DNA of 64,000 nt. It comes from Flavobacteriales bacterium. GTDB taxonomy: Bacteria; Bacteroidota; Bacteroidia; Flavobacteriales; UBA7312. The notes under the pieces are model-generated. The model was not told the origin of the DNA. It searched no databases and saw only the letters and a list, made by a program, of their open reading frames with translations. Shown piece after piece: positions 53,875-62,200 of the stretch (positions within the stretch are counted from its first letter, which is position 1; each line of letters begins with the position of its first letter). The stretch spans positions 164,531 to 228,530 of the forward strand of contig JBMHBP010000023.1 of the NCBI GenBank assembly GCA_049890295.1, given 5' to 3'. The position numbers and the translations under genes are program-made.

Positions 53875-54571
53875 TATAGTCTAAAATGGTGTTTAATCCG
53901 ATCATTAATAAATCAGGGGATGCAAATATGCTACTTTTTAAAACCTTATCAAAAAAATTAAGATCACCACCGGTTAAAATTGTTTTTAAATTTGGGTATT
54001 TAATAACATAACGGTTAATTATACCATCTATTTCAGTAGCCATCCCATTAATAACGCCTGAATGTATACTTTCTATTGTGTCTTTGCCTGTAAGTGTTAA
54101 CTTATCTAAATCAGGGTTTAATAGAGGTAAACAATCCGTATATTGGTTGAGTGCTTTGTATCGCATTTTTAATCCAGGCGATATTCCACCTCCGACAAAT
54201 TCATGATTTGAATGTATAAAATCATAAGTTATACAGCTACCTAAATCTATTATTAAAAGATCTGTTTTAGGAAAATTATGAACACCACCAACAGCCAAAG
54301 CCACTCTGTCATTGCCTAATGTATTGGGTGTGTGGTATTTAATCGTAATTGGTAAGGAAGTTGCTGTATTCAAAAAAATATCATCCTCTCTCAATAAATC
54401 ATAGTACTTACTCTTTGATTTTACTGTTGATAGAATTGATAAATTAGATTGATTAATCAATGTTTTTACTAATGAATATGAGGCATCCATTTCTTTTTGG
54501 ATAATTGTATCATTTTCAAACACTGCCAATTTAGTTCGGCTATTACCTTGATCTATGGTTAGTTTTATCAT
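53858..54571 (-). CDS. coaX: Type III pantothenate kinase
   Basis: The ASKHA-fold phosphate-1 motif LTIDQGNSRTK is at the N-terminus, with IIDLGSCITYD and GGISPG further in. The start is set at the internal ATG (MIKLTIDQGNS). The track start at 54601 is a TTG adding 10 unlikely residues. Confidence 0.85.
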   Translation of the reverse strand: MIKLTIDQGNSRTKLAVFENDTIIQKEMDASYSLVKTLINQSNLSILSTVKSKSKYYDLLREDDIFLNTATSLPITIKYHTPNTLGNDRVALAVGGVHNFPKTDLLIIDLGSCITYDFIHSNHEFVGGGISPGLKMRYKALNQYTDCLPLLNPDLDKLTLTGKDTIESIHSGVINGMATEIDGIINRYVIKYPNLKTILTGGDLNFFDKVLKSSIFASPDLLMIGLNTILDYNENNS

Positions 54572-54666
54572 AATTTGAAAGTTCAAATTTAATAAAAGCA
54601 AAAGCGTAAATAAAATTATTTAGAACAATAGAATTTTTTTTACATTTGCACCCACTTTATTGAAAT

Positions 54667-54739
54667 GGTGCTATAGCTCAGTTGGTAGAGCAAAGGACTG
54701 AAAATCCTTGTGTCCCCGGTTCGATTCCTGGTAGCACCA
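54667..54739 (+). tRNA. tRNA-Phe (anticodon GAA)
   Basis: The sequence is GGTGCTA-TA-GCTC-AGTTGGTA-GAGC-A-AAGGA-CTGAAAA-TCCTT-GTGTC-CCCGG-TTCGATT-CCTGG-TAGCACC-A. The cloverleaf folds by hand, with one apparent C-U mismatch in the T stem as I read it. CCA is not encoded. Confidence 0.9.
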
Positions 54740-54742
54740 CGT

Positions 54743-55786
54743 TCATTCAACCCTCTCACTTAATGGTGAGAGGGTTTTTTTGTAGTCAATATCAAATATT
54801 TCTTTTTCAAATAAATTAGAGATTTTTGAATAAATCAGTTGTTCTATTGTACAATTGAATGCCATTTTTATGGGCTTTGAGTTTAGCCAATTGAAAAATG
54901 TATGTTTAGTGTATTGATTCAGACTATTAATCGACATTATGCCTAACAATTTTAAAGCTTTTACATTACAATATTGCTCATACTGATTAGCTAGTGGAAT
55001 AACTAGTAATCGTTTTCCTAAAAATAGTGCTTCAGATGGGGTTTCAAAGCCAGCATTGCAAACTACTCCGTAGCATGAGGCTAAACTTCCAACAAAACCT
55101 TCGTTAGAAACTGGTTTAAAAACCACGTTGCCTTTCCTATACTCTGACTTTACTTGTGGAGCAAATACATGAAAATCATAATATGTAAATGATAAGAAAA
55201 AAGACAGTAATATATCATTGTTTAAGTAAGGCAGGTAAACCGTAATATGTGATTGTTCAGTAACTGTTATTTCATATAATTTTTTCTTGATGATAGGCTC
55301 TGAAATATTTGCTGAGTACGATTTGAAATGCAAGCCTATATAAGTAGTAGTAGGTGAAAAATATTTAATTATAAACTCTGCAAAAATATCTTTACGAATA
55401 GGTCTTGGTGTAAACTCGGAATAAAAAGAAGCTTGATGACTTATTTGTATCGATTTTAACTTATTAAGTTTAGCTCCCCAAGCGGTAATTGGCTCAAAAT
55501 CAGAAATTATCAAATCATATTTAAAAAATGGAAGTGTAAAAATATCTTTTAAAAAAGTATAGAGTCGAAGACACAACAAGGACTGCCACAGATCTATCTT
55601 TCCGTTTTTTGTTACAAACGAAATACCTGTTTTATGGAATTTTATTGGGAAAGACGGTCTTAAACTATAGTTTTTGGCTGAAACCAATACATCAACTTGA
55701 CCATATTTTTTTAATAGAGGGTATATTGTTTCGGCTTTACTGATATGACCATTTCCTGTTCCCTGAATACCGTATAATATTTTCAT
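54743..55786 (-). CDS. Glycosyltransferase (GT-B, MurG/UDP-glycosyltransferase-like)
   Basis: 347 aa. The N-terminus is MKILYGIQGTGNGHISKAETI (a G-rich loop typical of this GT-B group) and the C-terminal half has GFETPSEALFLGKRLLVIPL. It overlaps the lpxH-like gene by 4 nt. Confidence 0.75.
   Translation of the reverse strand: MKILYGIQGTGNGHISKAETIYPLLKKYGQVDVLVSAKNYSLRPSFPIKFHKTGISFVTKNGKIDLWQSLLCLRLYTFLKDIFTLPFFKYDLIISDFEPITAWGAKLNKLKSIQISHQASFYSEFTPRPIRKDIFAEFIIKYFSPTTTYIGLHFKSYSANISEPIIKKKLYEITVTEQSHITVYLPYLNNDILLSFFLSFTYYDFHVFAPQVKSEYRKGNVVFKPVSNEGFVGSLASCYGVVCNAGFETPSEALFLGKRLLVIPLANQYEQYCNVKALKLLGIMSINSLNQYTKHTFFNWLNSKPIKMAFNCTIEQLIYSKISNLFEKEIFDIDYKKTLSPLSERVE
54751..54781 (+). terminator. 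Rho-independent terminator after tRNA-Phe
   Basis: A 9-bp stem ccctctcac (54751-54759) / gtgagaggg (54766-54774) with a 6-nt loop, followed by 7 T. It overlaps the 3' end of the convergent glycosyltransferase ORF. Confidence 0.75.
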
Positions 55787-56598
55787 TTTATAAGCTCATT
55801 AATTAATCTAAAATCAAGCTCATCGATTTCTTCAAAATTTAAAGAAGCATTATCTATAAAATCCTCGTGATAATTAAAAATTCTCCAATTACCCTCATGA
55901 TATTCTACAGCTGTTAAACTTTCTACCCAATCTCCTGAATTTAGATATACTACTTTACTGTCCTTTATTTTAATTTCTTTAATTACAGCTTGATGAATAT
56001 GACCGCATGCTACCATTTCATAACCGTTTTCGATAGCTATTTCAGCAATAGTACTTTCAAAATCGCTAATAAACCGAACTGCTTTCTTAACGCTATTTTT
56101 AATTTTTCTTGAAAATGAAACCCTTTCTTTTCCAAGTTTAAATAATATTTGGTTTAAAAATCTGTTAAGAACAATTAAAAAGTCGTATCCAATACCACCA
56201 AGTTTGGCTAACCATTTTGTTCTTTTCATAGTGAAATCAAATATATCACCATGAAAAATCCACAACTTTTTATTTTCTATGTTAAGCACCAATTTATTTT
56301 TAAAATGTAGTTTACCAAGTGATAGTGGTGTGAACTTTCGGAGTAATTCATCATGGTTACCTGAAATGTAGTATACAGTAGTTTTTTTACTGGCTAAATC
56401 AATCAGTCGTTTAACAACTTTCATATGTGATTTTGGCCAATAACGTTTTCTAAACTGCCATATATCTATTATATCACCATTAAGGACTAATATTCGTGGC
56501 TGTATGGAATTTAAATAATTCAGTAGTTCTAATGCATGACATCCATAGGTGCCTAAATGAACATCTGAAATGATAACTAAATCAACTTTTCTTTTCAT
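55783..56598 (-). CDS. lpxH: UDP-2,3-diacylglucosamine diphosphatase-like metallophosphoesterase (LpxH family)
   Basis: 271 aa with calcineurin-like motifs ISDVHLG, LNGDIIDIW, ISGNHDE and GHIH. Size and motif spacing fit LpxH. The symbol is tentative. Confidence 0.7.
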   Translation of the reverse strand: MKRKVDLVIISDVHLGTYGCHALELLNYLNSIQPRILVLNGDIIDIWQFRKRYWPKSHMKVVKRLIDLASKKTTVYYISGNHDELLRKFTPLSLGKLHFKNKLVLNIENKKLWIFHGDIFDFTMKRTKWLAKLGGIGYDFLIVLNRFLNQILFKLGKERVSFSRKIKNSVKKAVRFISDFESTIAEIAIENGYEMVACGHIHQAVIKEIKIKDSKVVYLNSGDWVESLTAVEYHEGNWRIFNYHEDFIDNASLNFEEIDELDFRLINELIK

Positions 56599-56697
56599 AA
56601 TTGCAATAAACCAATTTTGAAAAGTAGAAGTGTTTATTTTAAGACAACTAATTATTAATATTACTAGTTGAAAATCTAGACTTATGTAAAATAAAAA

Positions 56698-57531
56698 TTA
56701 AATTATTTGCTTGAGGTCGCTCAACAAATCATATTGTTCTTCTGTCAAGTTATCAAAAATAACGCCAGCTAATTTAATTTTCTTTCTGTCCTTATCGATA
56801 TTCCAGTAACTTGATTGAAGATTACTTTTACCATCATATTCGATATTTTCAAGCATGTATCTAATTGCATTTAATCGTGCTGTAAGTTTATTATTGGCAT
56901 TGATAACAATCCAAGGGCAAAATTTTGATGATGTTTTTTCAAACATTTGGTTCTTAAAATAGGTGTAAAGCTTCCACTTTGATAATGATAACAAGTCATT
57001 TTTTGAAAGCTTCCAATATTTCAATAAGTGGTTACGCCTTACATGAAACCGCTTTAACTGAGTATCTTTATCGATTGATAGATAAAACTTAATGATAATT
57101 AAACCATCTTTGATTAACTTTTTTTCCCAACTGTTGACCTTTGACATAAAGTATTGATACTGTGATTGAGTGCAATAACCCATAGTAGGTTGAACCATAG
57201 CTCTTGAATACCATGAACGGTCAAAGAAAACTATCTCACCATTTTTAGGCAACCTTTTTTCATAGGTTTTGAACCACGATTTATTTTGCTTTTTAGTAGG
57301 TGAACCCAATTCAACAACTCGGTGATGTTTACTCATAAGATTCTCAACAATTCGCTTGATTGCTGATCCTTTTCCTGCTGCATCTCTTCCCTCAAAAACA
57401 ATAGCAATTCTTTTATTTTCCTTGAGTACCCATTCTTGCAATTTTAATAGCTCAACTTGTAGTCTAAACTTTTCATTCTGATATTCAGAATCAGATATAT
57501 TTTCAAAAGCTGAGTAATATTTAATGCTCAT
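56698..57531 (-). CDS. ppk2: Polyphosphate kinase 2 (single-domain PPK2)
   Basis: 277 aa with Walker A FEGRDAAGKGS, FDRSWYSR, the lid region KFYLSIDKDTQLKRF and WKLSKND. Confidence 0.88.
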   Translation of the reverse strand: MSIKYYSAFENISDSEYQNEKFRLQVELLKLQEWVLKENKRIAIVFEGRDAAGKGSAIKRIVENLMSKHHRVVELGSPTKKQNKSWFKTYEKRLPKNGEIVFFDRSWYSRAMVQPTMGYCTQSQYQYFMSKVNSWEKKLIKDGLIIIKFYLSIDKDTQLKRFHVRRNHLLKYWKLSKNDLLSLSKWKLYTYFKNQMFEKTSSKFCPWIVINANNKLTARLNAIRYMLENIEYDGKSNLQSSYWNIDKDRKKIKLAGVIFDNLTEEQYDLLSDLKQII

Positions 57532-57551
57532 AATGTATTAATAAATAGTAT

Positions 57552-57995
57552 TCAATTTAATTTTAAAGATAAATAAGCCTTTATTACTGGTTTAACATAA
57601 TGCCTAGAATATTTAGCATATAGTTTGAAATTTGATATTGAAACCCAATGAGCATCCTCAATAGATTCATCTGCAGCAGGGAATAGACTTAAATCATCAT
57701 TATCGTATCTCATTAAAAACCACTTTACTTTTTTTTTGATGGTCTTACCACTCTTTTTAGTAGTATATTTCGTTGAAATTAATGGTTTTATTAGATTTAG
57801 ACTAGCCTCATTTACACCTGTTTCCTCTACCACTTCTCTTAAAGCAGCACTTTCGATAGTTTCATTAGGATCAAGCTTACCCTTTGGTAAGTCCCATAAA
57901 TTTTTTCTGTAAATCAATAAAATTTCGTTATGCTTATTAAAAACTAACCCTCCCGCTGTAATTTGCTTCATTTTAAAATCAAGTTCAGAAATCAT
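57552..57995 (-). CDS. NUDIX hydrolase
   Basis: 147 aa with the Nudix box GKLDPNETIESAALREVVEETGV. Its stop lies 20 nt upstream of the ppk2 start. Confidence 0.88.
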   Translation of the reverse strand: MISELDFKMKQITAGGLVFNKHNEILLIYRKNLWDLPKGKLDPNETIESAALREVVEETGVNEASLNLIKPLISTKYTTKKSGKTIKKKVKWFLMRYDNDDLSLFPAADESIEDAHWVSISNFKLYAKYSRHYVKPVIKAYLSLKLN

Positions 57996-58265
57996 AATGT
58001 AAAAGTGCGTTTTATTTTAATTAAAGTGAGATGAGTGAAAATTATTTTTAAACATGATTTTATTAAAACAACATACAAATGAACAACATATTATCATTTG
58101 TAGAGAGAAATGAGTATTATTAAATAATTAATAAATTGAATACGTTGTTACTATTGTAGTTTTGAGTAAGACTATTAAATTCTACATTAATAAATGGTTA
58201 CGTATTTGAATGGATTTAATACCTTTGCTGAGCAATAATTATGTCACTAAGAATTAATTTTGAAA

Positions 58266-59078
58266 ATGAAAACCTTTTCTGTATTGTTCGTTTGTTTTAG
58301 TTTTATTCAACTAAATGCACAGATCGTTATTTCTGAATTTTTATACAATGATCCTGGCTCAGGCAATGATAGTTTAGAATTTATTGAGTTATACAACTAC
58401 ACTGATTCTGATTTAGAATTAACCAACTACTCAATTTCAGACGGTGTATCCTTTACATTTCCTCAATACACTCTAAATTCTAAGTCGTATGTAGTAATTA
58501 GTAAGTATCCAGAAACACTTAAAAGAGTTTTTAATATCACAAACGATAACCTTTTTGCTTGGTCAGATACAGGATCTGTTTCTCTAAACAACAATGGTGA
58601 AATCATACAACTATCTAACTCATCAGGCGTAGTCGTTGATGAGGTAGAGTATTTTGCTAATGCCGAATGGCACGATAGTCAAGCCGATGGTGGGGGTTAC
58701 TCTATCGAAATTTGTGATTTCAATATTGATAATAATATTGGTGCAAATTGGACTGTATCGCCACAAACCGGGAATTTTATATACACAGGATTTGACCCTA
58801 TTATAGAAGATCAACTAACTTCATTTAATGTATACGCCTCACCTAATACTGGATGCTTTACCACTAACAATATTTTTAATTTTCATAACACATTTTCGGG
58901 TAAAAATACCTTCACAAATTATTTAAATGTTCCAAAAAACAGCAAGATATTTAATATAAATGGTCAGCATGTTTACACCACAAAATCTACTAATGAAGTT
59001 GTACAAACATCACATTGGAGAAAAGGAATTTATGTGTTAAAAAATGAACAAAATTTACTTAAAATATTCAAATATTAA
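58266..59078 (+). CDS. Small secreted lamin-tail-domain (LTD) protein with a probable T9SS CTD
   Basis: It has a signal peptide (MKTFSVLFVCFSFIQLNAQ). The LTD reads VISEFLYNDPGSGNDSLEFIELYNYTDSDLELTNYSISDG...NNNGEIIQLSNSSGVVVDEVEY. The C-terminus KIFNINGQHVY...WRKGIYVLKNEQNLLKIFKY is CTD-like. The start is set at the ATG 6 nt inside the track ORF (58260, TTG). Confidence 0.7.
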   Translation: MKTFSVLFVCFSFIQLNAQIVISEFLYNDPGSGNDSLEFIELYNYTDSDLELTNYSISDGVSFTFPQYTLNSKSYVVISKYPETLKRVFNITNDNLFAWSDTGSVSLNNNGEIIQLSNSSGVVVDEVEYFANAEWHDSQADGGGYSIEICDFNIDNNIGANWTVSPQTGNFIYTGFDPIIEDQLTSFNVYASPNTGCFTTNNIFNFHNTFSGKNTFTNYLNVPKNSKIFNINGQHVYTTKSTNEVVQTSHWRKGIYVLKNEQNLLKIFKY

Positions 59079-59224
59079 GAGATTGTTAATTAAACCTTAA
59101 TTAAATATTAAACACGCCTTTTAGAAGCCAATTTTTTTAACTTTTTTTTATTTTAATTTTTTTATTTCATAACTAACACTTACATTGTAGGACTTAATTT
59201 TAAGCAAACCAAAACAATTAATTT

Positions 59225-62200
59225 ATGAAGCGAATTTTTATTCTAGCATTGTTGTTTATTTCTACACTCAGCTTTGCACAAATTCCATTAACTTCACAAG
59301 GTTTTGAAGGCGAAGGTGATTGGACCTATTCCACTTACCCATCATTTTACGATTTTTCACAAAATGGTGATGCTTTTACAATTTTGAGTACACCGTATCA
59401 GACCATGAGTGCTGCTACTGGCAATTCTTATGTTGTATTTCATGACCTGCAGAATCCTAATGGAAACCCCCCTTTAGATGGTAATTACTACCATTATTTA
59501 ACGATGTCTACGATTGTGGTTCCACAGCCGTCACCATCTGATTTGAAACTATCATTTAACTATTTTGTTGATGGATTTCACTCCTCAGATTACATGGGCT
59601 ATGAATTACAATTTAATGATGACACAACCTGGCATAGCAACTGGGATTCATCATTAGACACCACTCACGATTTTTCAGCTTATCTTTCTAAAGAAACTGA
59701 TGGTTTATGGGTCAATGAAGTTATTGATTTACCAGACACCATTTCTTATCTTAGATTTAGAATTGGAGCAAAACAAAATGGTGATGACTGGGCTGGACTA
59801 GATGATCTAATGCTATTCTATGATGCAGGTGATTTTTTAGCTCCAAGTGTGGTTACAGCTAGTATTGCTGATAATCAAACAATTAACCTCACCTTTTCTG
59901 AAGAAATTCAAAATGCTAATGTAGAGGTAGAAGGTTACACAGTTGACAACTCCTATATTGGAGCTAATGGCAACGACTTAGTTGTTGTACTAACTTCTTC
60001 ACTTACAGATGGTGATTATTTCAGCGTTAATGTAACTGAGGTTACAGACCAAGCAGGTAATGTTGGCACCGAAGTAGTTGAGAATTTAGTTCACAATAAT
60101 CATCAAGGAAATCTTGTGGTAACCGAAGTAAACTACGATGACCCGGGACAATACAACAATCTAGCATATTTTGAGATCTTTAACAATGGTAATTCAGCTT
60201 ATCCATTAGGAGGGTTAGCTTTTAACCAAGGTATAAATATTGTATTCCCAGAGTATTCCTTAGGCGTTGGTGAATATGTTATTATCGCTAGACCAGCATT
60301 TTTCCAGAATGACGAATGTGGCGCATTAACATACGGTTGTGGTTTCCAATCCTATTTTGGATTTGCACCTGACTTTGAAATTTCATCAGGCTATTTAAGC
60401 ACAGGTGGTGAAAATCTAGTTTGTGTTAATACAACTGATGAGGAAGTAATTAACTTCACCTATGACGATACAAATGGATGGCCAGAAATTCCATCTGGTA
60501 CAGCCTACTCTATCAACCTTTGTGACCCGACTACCGATATGAATGACGGAAGCAATTGGACACTATCTTCATCTTTCCAGACAGCAGTCGAATCTTCTGA
60601 TGCTGTACTTTCTCCATTAGGTTTGGCCGGTTTTACTCAATATTATGCCGATCCTGGCACATCATGCCCTGGAGAAGAAGCTATTAGCGGTTGTACAGAC
60701 CCACTAGCTTGTAATTATGATGCAAGTCTTGGAGCTACTTCAGATGATGGTTCTTGTATTCTTCCTAATGACTGCGGTTCTTGTGAAGGTGACTTATCCT
60801 GTTTATTAAGTGTTACTGTTTCAGTAGATATGTCTGTCGAAGGTTTTGATCCAACAGATGGTATTGATTATGATGGTCTTGACGGAACTACTATGGCTAT
60901 AAGAGTCGATGGTGGTTCATGGCAAGCAATGTCAGATGACGATGCAGATGGTGTATGGACAGCCACTCTATTGGTTTTACCAAATAATACTTACTCATAC
61001 AATTTTAATGATGGAGTTGGTAGTGGTTATGAATCAGGAAATAGTTTAGAAGAATGCGGTGATGGCACTTACGGAAATGATAGAACATTCACAGTAGACT
61101 CTACAGACTTAATAATAGCAACAGTATGTTGGGAATCTTGTGATGTCTGTCCTGAAAATATACCAGGCTGTACAGATGAAACAGCCTCTAATTACAATTC
61201 TGCTGCAACTGAAGATGACGGCTCTTGTCACTACCCAGTTCCCATGCAGAATTTATTTTTCTCAGAATATGCTGAAGGAAGTAGTAATAATAAATATCTA
61301 GAAATTTATAATGCAAGTTCAGAAACAGTAAGCTTAACTGACTATGCAATGCCTAATGTCTCTAATGCTCCATCAGTAGTTGGAGAGTATGAATATTGGA
61401 ATACATTTGATGAGGGTGCAGAGATTGCTCCAAACGGAATTTATATTGTAGCACACCCATCTGCTGACCCATCAATTTTAGCTTTAGCTAACATGACACA
61501 TTCATATTTAAGTAATGGTGATGACGGTTATGCTTTAGTTTATGGTACACAAGACGATTTCGTCATATTGGACTTTATTGGTGATTTTAATGGTGATCCT
61601 GGAAGTGGATGGGAAGTTGCTGGAGTTTCAGATGCAACAAAAGATCATACCTTAGTTAGAAAGTGTTCGGTAGAGTCTGGTAATACTGACTGGACAGCGT
61701 CTGCTGGAACAAGTACTGATGATTCAGAATGGATTGTTCTTGATCAAAATGACTGGACTGACTTAGGTTCACACACATCGGTTTGTCCAACAGTTTTAGG
61801 CTGTACAGATTCTGAAGCTAGTAATTATGATGCTAGTGCTACAGAAGATGATGGATCATGTGAATACCTAGTAATTGAGGGTTGTACAGATTCTGATGCT
61901 AGTAATTACAATCCAGATGCTAATCAGGACAATGGCACTTGTGAATATCCGCCATCATACTCACTCACAGTCACTGTAGACATGAGTGTTGAAGGCTTTA
62001 CTGCCGGAGATGGATCTACTTGGGATGGACTTGATGGTTCATCAATGGCTGTTAGACTTAACAGTGGTATGTGGGCAGCTATGACAGACATGGGAGATAA
62101 TGTTTGGAGCTACACATTTACTGAATTAGTAGCTGGAGATTATACTTACAATTTTAATGACGGCTGGTACGAATCAGGACCATTCGGTGATTGTGTAGGT

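Noticed and set aside
57996-58265. The largest non-coding gap (about 270 bp, very AT-rich) inspected for an sRNA, riboswitch or mobile-element end
   Set aside because: There is no convincing stem-loop series, terminator or repeat. It contains a TAccTTTG -7 box at about 58220 and is most simply the divergent promoter region for the Nudix and LTD genes.
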